From contig JBGARZ010000004.1 of assembly GCA_044229975.1 (NCBI GenBank), positions 64,001-128,000 of the forward strand: 64,000 bases of DNA, read 5' to 3'. The position numbers and the translations under genes are program-made. Positions 1-9,800 of this stretch are shown here, one piece after another. The DNA comes from Polyangiales bacterium (GTDB taxonomy: Bacteria; Myxococcota_A; Polyangia; Polyangiales; Ga0077539). The notes below the pieces were generated by a model that made no database searches, was not told the origin of the DNA, and saw only the letters and a program-made list of their open reading frames with translations. Within the stretch, counting starts at the first letter, position 1. Each line of letters starts with the position of its first letter.

Positions 1-170
1 TGGTCCCACAGGATGGTGCGATCGGCCGACAGGGAGAGGGCCATGCGGTGGTCGGTCACGACCTGCACCGCGCCGGGGGGCGCGAAGCATCCGCCGCACG
101 CCTGCGCCGTCGAGGGGGCCATCACCAGACCGATGGTTGTGAGGGCAACCAGGGACAACAAGGGCTTCAT
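1..170 (-). CDS. DUF2330-family secreted protein, 5' part (runs off the window)
   Basis: Not in the ORF track. Manual translation from ATG at 170 gives MKPLLSLVALTTIGLVMAPSTAQACGGCFAPPGAVQVVTDHRMALSLSADRTILWD: a signal peptide followed by the ACGGCF...VTDHRM...LWD N-terminus typical of myxobacterial DUF2330 proteins. Confidence 0.75.
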   Translation of the reverse strand, partial: MKPLLSLVALTTIGLVMAPSTAQACGGCFAPPGAVQVVTDHRMALSLSADRTILWD

Positions 171-563
171 AGATGGTCTTTCGCTCCGAGGAGAGGCGCC
201 ACCGGGGGAGTGTGGTCGCGCTCTCGATCATCGAGACGCTCAGCGAGGTGCGTGCCAGCGGTCGCACCCCCGAACGCCCGGGAGAAGAGCGCCATTTGCG
301 CTGGAAAACAAGGGCAGCGCCGCGGATGTCAGGCGCCCGACGGGTGTGCCATGGGGTGTGCCAGCGGGCGGATGCCGCACAGGGGTGGCGTCGGGCGCGG
401 CTCTTTTGCTAGGCACTACAAATAGGGCGCGAGGTGGTGTAAGGGCACCGCTTCAACGAGCACAGCCGTGAAGCGCGGTCGTCGCGGCCATCGGAGGGTG
501 CTTTTCGCGGAGGTGGCGTGCTGACTGGACGTCGGCGCGCCGAAAAACCGCAAGGAGCAACGA

Positions 564-2663
564 GTGGAGTCTCTTCTAACGGTCGGGTCGCTAGGCGTCG
601 GGGCATTCGCCCTCGTCGTAGCGCTGTTCTTCTACGCAAAGGTCAAGAGTGGTCCTGAGGGCAACGAGGCCATGGCCCGTATCGCCCGGTACATCCGCGA
701 GGGGGCGATGGCCTTCCTCACCACCGAGTACAAGGTCCTCGCCGTCTATGCCGTGGTGGTGTTTGGCATCCTCGCGGTCGCGCTGAGCCCAACGGCCGGC
801 CTCGCCTTCATCGCGGGCGCGGGCCTGTCGCTGGTCGCGGGCTTCCTCGGCATGAAGGCCGCGACCTACGCCAACGTCCGCACCGCCGAAGCGGCGCGCA
901 CCAAGGGCATGGCCGAGGCGCTGGTCACCGCCCTCGACGGCGGCGCCGTGATGGGCCTGTGCGTCGCGGGCCTCGGGCTCCTCGGCATGGGCGCCCTCTA
1001 CGCCTACAACCACGGCGACAGCGCCACGCTGATGGCGACCGCCGAGCACAAGCACCACTTCGGGTCGCTCATCCACGCCTTCGCGGTGGGCGCGAGCTCC
1101 ATCGCGCTCTTCGCGCGCATCGGCGGCGGCATCTACACCAAGGCCGCCGACGTCGGCGCCGACATCGTGGGCAAGGTCGAGGCGAACATCCCCGAGGACG
1201 ACCCCCGCAACCCCGGCGTCATCGCCGACAACGTGGGCGACAACGTCGGCGACATCGCCGGCATGGGCGCCGACATCTACGAGAGCTACGTGGCCGCCAT
1301 GGTCGCCGCGATGGCGCTCGGCCTCACGATGCCCGTCGAGACGCTCCAGAAGCTCGCGCCGTCCGTCACCGACGAGACCGCGCTGCGCGTGATGGCCGTG
1401 GCGCTGCCCATCGGGCTCTCCACCATCGGCCTCTTCGTCTCCGTCATCGGCATCTTCATCACCCGCGCCCTCAAGAACATGCCGCCCGCGCGCGTCCTGC
1501 GCATCGCGCTCATCGTCCCGCCCTTCCTCGTGACGGGCGCGGCGCTGGCGCTCTTGCCCCGCTGGGGCTTCAGCATGGGCGCCGTGATCACCCTCGGCGC
1601 GGGCGCGCTCGGCGGCGCCATCCTCGGGCTCATCACCGACTACTACACCTCGATGGGGCCGGTTCACTCCATCGCGAAGAGCTCGCTCACGGGCCCCGGC
1701 ACCAACGTCATCCGCGGCCTCGCGGTGGGCCTGGAGAGCACGGTCATCCCGATCATCACGCTGGTCGCGGTGGGCGCGGTGTCCAACCACTTCCTCAACC
1801 TCTACGGCATCGCGCTCGCGGCCGTCGGCATGCTCGCCGGCACCGCCATCGTGATGACCGTCGACGCGTACGGCCCCATCGCCGACAACGCGGGCGGCAT
1901 CTCGGAGATGTCGGGCCTCGGCAAGGAGGTTCGCGCCATCACCGACGAGCTCGACTCCGTGGGCAACACCACCGCGGCCGTGGGCAAGGGCTTCGCCATC
2001 GGGTCGGCCGTGCTCACCGTCATCGCGCTCTTCGCGGCCTTCAACATGGAGGTCAACGCCGCGCGCGCCCTCCACGACCTGCCCGCGATGAACCTCGACA
2101 TCACCCGCGCGCCCATCCTCCTGGGCATCCTGTTCGGGGCGCTGATCCCGTGCGTGGTGGGCGCGACCACGATGACCGCCGTCGGCCGCGCCGCGGGCGC
2201 CATCGTCGAGGAGATCCGCCGGCAGTTCCGGGAGATTCCGGGTCTGTTGGAGGGCAAGGAGGGCGTCGAGCCGCAGCCCAAGGTGATCGTCGACATCGCC
2301 ACCAAGGCCGCCATCAAGGAGATGCTCCTGCCGGGCGCCGTGGCCGTGCTCGCGCCGCCGCTCGTCGGGTTCATCGCCGGCCCCGAGGCCCTCGCGGGCG
2401 TGCTCGCGGGCTCGCTCGCCGTGGGCGCCACGCTCTCGCTGGTGATGGCCAACGCGGGCGGCGCCTGGGACAACGCGAAGAAGTACATCGAGAAGGGCGG
2501 CCTCGAAGGCCACAAGAAGGGCTCCGACGCGCACAAGGCCGCGGTCGTGGGCGACACCGTGGGTGACCCGTTCAAGGACACCTCGGGCCCGGGCATCGCG
2601 ATTCTCATCAAGGTGATGAGCGTCGTCGCGCTGCTCATCGCTCCGCTCGTCGCGACTCGCTGA
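564..2663 (+). CDS. hppA: Membrane-bound pyrophosphatase, K+-dependent type, probably Na+-translocating
   Basis: Motifs GGGIYTKAADVGAD, IPEDDPRNP, DNVGDNVGD, DAYGPIADNAGG, GNTTAA, GGAWDNAKK and GDTVGDPFKDTSGP; many TM helices. Confidence 0.97.
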   Translation: MESLLTVGSLGVGAFALVVALFFYAKVKSGPEGNEAMARIARYIREGAMAFLTTEYKVLAVYAVVVFGILAVALSPTAGLAFIAGAGLSLVAGFLGMKAATYANVRTAEAARTKGMAEALVTALDGGAVMGLCVAGLGLLGMGALYAYNHGDSATLMATAEHKHHFGSLIHAFAVGASSIALFARIGGGIYTKAADVGADIVGKVEANIPEDDPRNPGVIADNVGDNVGDIAGMGADIYESYVAAMVAAMALGLTMPVETLQKLAPSVTDETALRVMAVALPIGLSTIGLFVSVIGIFITRALKNMPPARVLRIALIVPPFLVTGAALALLPRWGFSMGAVITLGAGALGGAILGLITDYYTSMGPVHSIAKSSLTGPGTNVIRGLAVGLESTVIPIITLVAVGAVSNHFLNLYGIALAAVGMLAGTAIVMTVDAYGPIADNAGGISEMSGLGKEVRAITDELDSVGNTTAAVGKGFAIGSAVLTVIALFAAFNMEVNAARALHDLPAMNLDITRAPILLGILFGALIPCVVGATTMTAVGRAAGAIVEEIRRQFREIPGLLEGKEGVEPQPKVIVDIATKAAIKEMLLPGAVAVLAPPLVGFIAGPEALAGVLAGSLAVGATLSLVMANAGGAWDNAKKYIEKGGLEGHKKGSDAHKAAVVGDTVGDPFKDTSGPGIAILIKVMSVVALLIAPLVATR

Positions 2664-2709
2664 GTCGTCGCTCGCCTCTCTCCTCTACATTCCCCCAATC
2701 GACATCGCT

Positions 2710-2754
2710 CGGCCTTGGCTGCCGTGGGTTTTCAACCCGCGGTAGCCAAGGCCG
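2710..2754. terminator. GC-rich hairpin between convergent genes (bidirectional terminator or REP-like)
   Basis: cggccttggctgccgtgggtt-ttc-aacccgcggtagccaaggccg: 21-bp stem with two G-U pairs, between the stops at 2663 and 2774. Confidence 0.55.
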
Positions 2755-2773
2755 GTCGAACGCATCGGGCGTG

Positions 2774-4387
2774 TCACATCATCGGTCGGCCGCAGCGAAA
2801 GACCGTCGGCGGCACGTCCGGCGCCAGCAGGTACGACTGCACCGCGCGCGCGAGGCACGCGTCGTCCAGCGACTTCGCGTGGCCCTCGCCGTCGTAGTCC
2901 ACCTCCCACGATCGGTGGTCGATCGCCGCCAGGAAGGCAGCGCCCTCCGTCGGCGGCGTCGCCGGGTCGTGCTGCCCGATGATGACCAGCGCGGGCGTTC
3001 GCGGGTGCGCGGCGAGCACGGTCTGCGGCGCCACCGGGAGGCTCCAGCGCGCGGCGACCACGAGGTTCATCCGCCACACGACGCCGAAGAGTCCGCTCCA
3101 CTGCGGGACGTTGCCCGTCCATGACCAGTCGGCGTCGTGCGAGGGCGCCGGATCATCCACCAGCCACTGCCAGCGCAGACCCGATGCGCGCGCTGACGAG
3201 GCCGCGTGGTTGCGCCGCTGCGCCTCGCCGATGACCGCGTCCATCGGGTGCGTGTCGCCGCGCAGCAAGGGTTCGATCTCCGCGGCGAGCGTCGGCCACG
3301 CCCCGGCGCGCAGCCCGTCGAGCAGGTGGGCCACGCGCTCGGCCAGCACCGCGCCGTCGGGCATCGCCAGCACGTCGCGCACGTAGCCCGGCTGCCGCAG
3401 CGCGGTCTGGAGGCGCTCGGAGAAGGCCGCGGGGGTCTCGGCCGGGCGCGCGCCGCACCGTGCGTTGGCGGTGCACCACGCGGCGAAGCGGTCGGCGGTC
3501 TTCGCGTAGGCGGTGGCCTGGGTGCGGTACGCCTCGGCGCGCGAGGCCGTCGGCCCGGTGGGGCTGTCGAACACCGTCGCCCGCGCCCGCTCGGGAAACA
3601 GCGTGAGGTACATCCCCCCGAAGCGCGCCGCCGCCGAGAACCCATAGAACGACAGCACCTTCTCGCCGAGTGCCGCGCGCAGGAGGTCGAGGTCGCGGGC
3701 GGCGTTCTCCTGGGTCATGCCGACGAGGAGGTCGCGCTCGACGGAGCGGGCGCACATCTCGGCGCGGTCGTGGGCCGAGGCCGCGAGCTCGCTCCAGCAC
3801 CGGGTGTCGTGGGGGTCGAAGCAGCCGTCGAGGTGCTCGACGGTGCGGCGGGCGGCGCAGGCGGGGTGCGGTCCGCTCAGGCCGGTTCCGCGGACGTCGA
3901 GGGTGACGAGGTCGAAGCGCTGCGCGACCGCGGGCATCGTCGTGGCGATGGTGGCGTGCACGGCCGCGAGCTCGTCGACCAGGGCCTTGCCCGGGCCACC
4001 CGGGTTGATGACGAGCACGCCGACGCGACGGTACGGATCGGCCGCGGGGATGCGTCGGACCGCGAGCCCGACGAGCCGACCGCGGGGCGCGCGGTGGTCG
4101 AGCGGGACGGCGAGCAGCGCGCATTGACCGACGCCGTCGGCGCAGCGGCGCCAGTGGAGCGACGGGGGTTCGTCGGCGTCGGCCGCGGGCTCGTCGGCGG
4201 GTGAGGGGAGGGCGACGAGCGGGGCGCGGCGGGCCTTGACGGAGGGCATGTGCAGCGGCCGCGGGGTGAGCATCGCGAGGAGGTAGCCGAAGCCCACGGC
4301 GAGGCCAGGGAGCAGCGGGTTGAAGTGGATGGCCAGCGGCGCACGGATCGATTCGACGGCGACGGTGGAGCGGTGCTCGACGTGCAC
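2774..4387 (-). CDS. Alpha/beta hydrolase, tripeptidyl-aminopeptidase (TAP)-like
   Basis: QCALLAVPLD, INPGGPG, FDLVTLDVRGTG, ARDLDLLRAALGE, nucleophile elbow GFSAA, HDPATP (Asp) and GEGH (His). Start uncertain. Confidence 0.85.
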   Translation of the reverse strand: MHVEHRSTVAVESIRAPLAIHFNPLLPGLAVGFGYLLAMLTPRPLHMPSVKARRAPLVALPSPADEPAADADEPPSLHWRRCADGVGQCALLAVPLDHRAPRGRLVGLAVRRIPAADPYRRVGVLVINPGGPGKALVDELAAVHATIATTMPAVAQRFDLVTLDVRGTGLSGPHPACAARRTVEHLDGCFDPHDTRCWSELAASAHDRAEMCARSVERDLLVGMTQENAARDLDLLRAALGEKVLSFYGFSAAARFGGMYLTLFPERARATVFDSPTGPTASRAEAYRTQATAYAKTADRFAAWCTANARCGARPAETPAAFSERLQTALRQPGYVRDVLAMPDGAVLAERVAHLLDGLRAGAWPTLAAEIEPLLRGDTHPMDAVIGEAQRRNHAASSARASGLRWQWLVDDPAPSHDADWSWTGNVPQWSGLFGVVWRMNLVVAARWSLPVAPQTVLAAHPRTPALVIIGQHDPATPPTEGAAFLAAIDHRSWEVDYDGEGHAKSLDDACLARAVQSYLLAPDVPPTVFRCGRPMM

Positions 4388-4504
4388 GGGTGACCTCTGG
4401 ATGGGTGATGGCGTGGGGACGTGGACGAGCGCTTCCCCTCCCTCACGGGTCGGGGTCCGGGCTCGCGTCGTCGAGAGGTCGCGGTCGTACGAAGAGACGC
4501 GGGC

Positions 4505-5275
4505 CTACAACCCCAGCGTGTTGAAGTACTCCGCGTCGATGATGTCGTCCTGGTCGACCTTGTTGAGCTGGTCGACGAGGCCGCGGCGGCGCATCGCGTC
4601 GCGGAGCTGGCACGCCCGGCCGTCGCCCGCGCGGCACGCCCGCTCGAAGTACCCGGTGGCCTGGTCGGCGCTCGGGCTCACGCCGCGGCCGCTCTGGTAG
4701 AGCGTTCCCACGCGGCGGCAGCTCAGGGCCTCGCCCGCCTCGCACGCGCGACGGAGATTGGCGACGGCCTGGTTGGCTGCGGGCGTCGTCCCATGCACGG
4801 CCACGCCCGGCAGCATCACCGTCCTCGGTTGCAGCATCCCGTGGGCGCGCACCAGATCGGGCCGCGCGTCTTCACCCGACGGCGCGGCGGCGTGTTGTAG
4901 CCACGCGGGCGGCGCCTCGTCGCGCAGGCCCACCGCGACGGCGATCACCACGCACGCCGCGGCCAGCGTCGAGACCAGCGCCAGAACGCCTTCCCGCGGC
5001 GCCCGCGCCGACACGTGCAGGGGCTGTCGCTCCTCGATGACGTCGAGCACCACGCTCCGCTGCTCGCGCGGCGGTTGACTCGCGTAGACGACCTCCAGCG
5101 CGCGGGCGCCGGCGGCGTGCAGCGCCTCGTCGCGGGGAGCGGGCGCGTCGGCCGCGGCGCCGCAGAGGCGGTCGAGCACGAAGGCGCGTTGGCCGCGCGG
5201 GGGCTCGTCGGCGTAGCTGCCTTCGAGGATGCGGGCGGCGACCTCGTCGAGGCCGTCGAGATCACGAGGCGTCAT
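4505..5275 (-). CDS. Single-pass membrane protein with Sel1-like repeats; probable anti-sigma factor
   Basis: TM segment LVSTLAAACVVIAVAVGL; Sel1-like ACEAGEALSCRRVGTLYQSGRGV...YFERACRAG; overlaps the stop of the upstream ECF sigma gene by 14 bp. Confidence 0.65.
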   Translation of the reverse strand: MTPRDLDGLDEVAARILEGSYADEPPRGQRAFVLDRLCGAAADAPAPRDEALHAAGARALEVVYASQPPREQRSVVLDVIEERQPLHVSARAPREGVLALVSTLAAACVVIAVAVGLRDEAPPAWLQHAAAPSGEDARPDLVRAHGMLQPRTVMLPGVAVHGTTPAANQAVANLRRACEAGEALSCRRVGTLYQSGRGVSPSADQATGYFERACRAGDGRACQLRDAMRRRGLVDQLNKVDQDDIIDAEYFNTLGL

Positions 5276-5945
5276 GGTCGACCTCGGAGGCGCGGTGGTG
5301 ATCGGAGGGCCCCGGCCGGATGGCGGCGCGGCCCACCTCGGCGAAGGCGACGAGCGACGGGAGCAGCCGCTGGAGGCGCTTGCGGAGCGTCGCGGCCGTG
5401 CACGGGCGCCCCGAGTGGGCGCTGATGAGCTCGGCCAGCTCCTCGAACTCCAGCTTGTCGATGCAGCTATGGAACAACAACAACCGATCCTCGTCGGGCA
5501 GCGCGTTGAGGAGCTGACGCAGGTAGATCATCGTGTCGGGGTCGGAGAGCGAGCGCTCGACGGACTCCACCGAGACCGAGTCGCCGTCGCAGGGCACCTC
5601 GATGTCGTCGAGGGAGAAGCGCGGCATCGCGTCGACCTGGCTGCGCACCTTGGACGCGCGCAGCAGGTCGATGACGTGGTTGCGGGCGATGCGGTGCATC
5701 CACGCCTTCACGCAGGCGAGCTCGCGGCCCTCCTCCATCGCGAGGCCGCCGATGGCCTGGCTCGCCTTGAGGAAGACCTCCTGCTCGATGTCGAAGACGT
5801 CGTAGCCGCGGCGCGCGCCGATCATCATCCGCGACAGCAGCCGCACGCTCGGGGCGCAGGCGTCGTAGATGCGCTGCCACGCGTCGCGGTACTCGCGGGC
5901 GCTGCGGGGGTCAGACGCGGCGCCGATGATCTCTCGCCATTGCAT
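5262..5945 (-). CDS. ECF-type sigma-70 factor
   Basis: Region 2 DIEQEVFLKA...AWMHRIARNHVIDLLR; region 4 LNALPDEDRLLL...FEELAEL...TLRKRLQR. Start set at ATG 5945 (MQWREII). Confidence 0.85.
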   Translation of the reverse strand: MQWREIIGAASDPRSAREYRDAWQRIYDACAPSVRLLSRMMIGARRGYDVFDIEQEVFLKASQAIGGLAMEEGRELACVKAWMHRIARNHVIDLLRASKVRSQVDAMPRFSLDDIEVPCDGDSVSVESVERSLSDPDTMIYLRQLLNALPDEDRLLLFHSCIDKLEFEELAELISAHSGRPCTAATLRKRLQRLLPSLVAFAEVGRAAIRPGPSDHHRASEVDHDAS

Positions 5946-6139
5946 GGGATTGGGTGGTGCCCGACTCGGTGGAGGGTACGACGGTGGCGCCCCGGAATGG
6001 GAGCAGCACATCGGGTCCAACGCGGCCGTGGCGGGGCGTGTGACATCGGGCGCGGATGACGCGTGGCGCGACGCTCGCCTAATGCGGACTTACCCGAAGG
6101 GACGCGACCGCCCATGCCCGCGGTCGTCGTCCGTCGGCG

Positions 6140-6784
6140 CTACACCACGGGTTGATCGGGCTCGGGCGCCGGGTCGTCGGCGGGCGGCGGGGTCGAGCGG
6201 GTGCGCTGTCGCTCGAGGGGCGCGCTCAGCGCTTCGGCGAGGAGGGGGCGGGGGTGCCGGAGGGTGGTGTGCGCCGCGGCGCGGAGGTGATCGATGGCGT
6301 CGAGGAGCGCATCGAGCGCGAGCTGCCGGTCGTCGGCGCCGTCGAGGCGGGAGACGCGTGAGTCCACCGCCTGCTGGTCGTAGCGGGTGATGGCTTCGCT
6401 GGCGGCGACCAGGGCGAGCTGCGCTCGCTCGATGGCGTCGTTCGTGAGCGCGGGGAAGCGGGCCTGCTGTTCGAGCGCGCCCGCGATGACCTTCGGCGCG
6501 ACGTCGATGAGCGCGTGGGTGGCCCGCAGCACCGTGGAGAACTGCAACGCGGTGCGGGCAGCGTCGCCCGGGCGGGTGGTGAGCTCGACGACCCTACGCA
6601 GGGCGACGAGCTCTTCGAGCAGGGTCTTCACCAGCTCATCCACGGCGGCGGCCTCGACCACGAAGCGCTTGGACGACTTCTGGAGAGCGCGCAGGGCGCT
6701 CCAGGCGTGGGCGTGGAAGGGCGGCTGCTTCGGCAACGCCGGGTCAAGGAGCTCGCGGTACTTCCAGGCGAGCTTGAGCCGCAC
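6140..6784 (-). CDS. Hypothetical alpha-helical protein, possibly 5'-truncated
   Basis: Protein-like helical sequence with a Pro/acidic tail. The frame stays open upstream (DLSHVQQEAEV) only to a TAA near 6815. Confidence 0.6.
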   Translation of the reverse strand: MRLKLAWKYRELLDPALPKQPPFHAHAWSALRALQKSSKRFVVEAAAVDELVKTLLEELVALRRVVELTTRPGDAARTALQFSTVLRATHALIDVAPKVIAGALEQQARFPALTNDAIERAQLALVAASEAITRYDQQAVDSRVSRLDGADDRQLALDALLDAIDHLRAAAHTTLRHPRPLLAEALSAPLERQRTRSTPPPADDPAPEPDQPVV

Positions 6785-6830
6785 CTCGGCCTCCTGTTGA
6801 ACGTGGGACAGGTCTTACGACGCCGGTCCG

Positions 6831-9800
6831 ATGACCCTGTTGGCGACCGTGTCCGGCGCGGAGCACGAGTGGACCGCGACGGGCCTCTCGCCGTCCCAGT
6901 CTCGAACCTTCGCCGTCCGCGCCCGCGACGCCGCCAACAACGTCAGCTACTCCCTCGTACGCAACTCCTCGACGCAGGCGCCGTCGGCTGCCCCCGCGTG
7001 GGTGGGTTCATCCCCCGCGGTGACCGCGCTCGGCCTCGGCAAGCGTCAGGTGCGCCTCCACTGGAGCGCCGCGACCGACGACTACAACGAGTTCAACTAC
7101 GAGATCACCGCGACGAGTGGGGCCGGCAATGTGTCGCTCGGCGTGCTTCGTGGCGCGGGCGGGATGACGACCATCGACTGGGACTCACCGCGCACCCTCA
7201 CCCCCAACACGGCCTACACCTTCACCGTCCGGGCGGTCGACGACGAGGGCCACTACGCCACGTCCGACCTCAGCATCGCCAGCCAGACCACGCTCGCGAC
7301 CACGGCCACGCCCGTCTGGGGTACCGGCAACGCGGTCGAAGCCGATCGCATGGCGTGGAGCACGGTGTCCGCGCACACCACCAGCCCCGGCCTCGACGCC
7401 GATCACTACGTCTTCGAGCGGCGCGTCGGCTCCTCCGGCGCGTGGCTCCCCTGGACCGAGGCCGCGACCGCCTTCGCCATGGGCGAGGACTTCGACCCCG
7501 GGCGCACCTGGGAGATCCGCGTTCACTTCGTCGACGACGATGACGTCGCGTCGGCCACGTTGGACACCTCCATCGCGCTCCCGGCTCCGAGCATCGGGAC
7601 ACCTCCGGCGCTGGACACCTCGCAGGCCAGCGACCTCGTCGACCTCGTCTCCTTTCTCTACACGGGCACCGACCCGGTGCAGGAGGGCGTCAACACCGAC
7701 GCCGTGGTTCGCGAGCGCGTGGGCATCATCCACGGTCGCGTCATCGAGCGTGGCGAGGGCACGGCCGTGCCCATCGCGGGCGTGCAGGTGTCCGAGGCCG
7801 CGCACGGCGAGCCCATCTTCGGCCGCACCTTCACCCGTAGCGACGGGCGCTTCGAGTACGTCGTCCACGGCGGCGGACCCGTGGTGCTGCGCTTTAGCGG
7901 GCGTGGCCTTCTGCCCGTGCAGCGCACGGTGCGCGTCGAGTGGGGAGTGCCCGCATCGGTGCCCGACGTGGCGATGATCCCCGCGAGCACGAACCCGACC
8001 ACTGTGACCTTCGACGCCTACTGGCACACAGCGGAGGGGGATGCCGTGACCGACAGCGACGGCACACGGCGACCGACGGTGATCTTCCCGCCCAACACCA
8101 CGGCCATGATGGTGATGGAGGACGAGAGCGAGGTGCCTCTCACCACGGGCACGCTGCGGATGACCGAGTACACCGTTGGCGAGCGCGGCCTGGAGGCGAT
8201 GCCGGGGACCATCCCGGCCAACGTGGCGTACACCTGGGCGGGGGAGTTTGCGTTCGACGAGGCGACGGCGGCGGGCGCGCGGAGCGTGCACTTCAGCCAG
8301 CCGGTGGCGATCTACGTCAACAACTTCCTCGGCTTCCCCATCGGCAACGAGGTGCCCAGCGGGTACTACGACGAAAACGAAGGGGCGTGGCTCGGCAACG
8401 AGCTCGGCAACGGGGTGGTGATCCACGTGCTGAGCACCACCGACAGCGGTGGCGGGGCGCACGTCGACGTCGACGGCGACGGCGACCAGGACAGCGCGGA
8501 CGACGCCGTGCTGTTGGCGCAGACGCTGACGCCGGACGAGCGCATCCAACTGCACACGCTCTACCCGAGCGGGGCGGAGCTGTGGCGCTTCCGGGTGCAG
8601 CACTTCTCCAAGTGGGACTCCAACTGGGGGATCATCCCGCCGAACGACGCGCGGCAGCCCGCCATCAAGGCGAAGCTCATCGCGCTGGCCACGGAGCACG
8701 TGAAGACCTGCCGCGGGTCGCAGATCGAGTGCCAGAACCGCAACCTGGGCGACGACATCCCGCTGCCCGGGACGCCGATGGTGCTCCACTACGCGAGCGA
8801 GCGTTCGGCGGGTCGGCTCAACACCATCGACATCCCGCTCGGAGAGCTGCTACCCGGGGAGACCGGGTTGCCTGCTTCGCTCACCGCCGCCAATGTGATC
8901 GTGAACTTCCCCGACGGCCCCGAGCGGCACGGCAACGGAGGCACCCCCGAGGAGCTGCGGTCGGCCCACGCGATCTTCAACTGGGACGGCATGGACCACG
9001 GGCGGCGGGTGCAGGGCAGCATCCCGGTGACGGTGGAGGTGCAGTACGTCTACCGCGGGGAGTACGGGCAGTTCTCGCGCTTCGGGTACAGCGGTGCCGC
9101 GACGGGGACGGCCATTACGGGCGTCGAGCTTCGCCGGGAGATCATCTTCTCGACCTTCTTCACCACCTGGATCGGCGGGATGGATGCCCGCGGAGAGGGC
9201 CTCGGGGGGTGGACCCTCAGCGCGCACCACGCGTACGACCCGCGGACGGGGGACGTCTCGCTGGGGGGCGGCGGCGTGCTCAACGCGGGAGCCTCGGGCA
9301 ACGGGGTGAGGCGTGTCGTCGGCGGTGGCCTGTCGACGGCGGAGGACGTTTCGGCGTCGAGCGTACAGACCGACCCCTACTCCATCGCGATCGGGGGTGA
9401 CGGGCGGATCTGGTACGCCGACGGCAATCGGGTGCGCCGGGTCAACGCCGACGGGCACGTCGTCACGGTGGCGGGCATTCTGGGTGATGGGACGTGTGAC
9501 GGCGACGGCGACGACGCGACGGCGTCCGCCATCGGAACGACCGTCAACCTCGCCCTGCTCAACGACAACATCCTGGTGATCTCGGAGCACAACTGCCACC
9601 GCATCCGCGTCGTCGACGACGAGGGCGGCATCCACACGCTCGTCGGGACGGGGACGGCGGGCTTCGACGGCGACGATCTCCCCGGTGAAAGCAGCCGTCT
9701 CAACGGCCCGTCGGGCATCGCCTTTCTCGACGGCACCTCGCTATTGATCGCCGACACGGGCAACCGGCGCATCCGGCGCTTCGACCTCTCGGACTTCCAC

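Noticed and set aside
591..2566. ORFs 591..2534 (-) and 959..2566 (+)
   Set aside because: Shadow frames of hppA.
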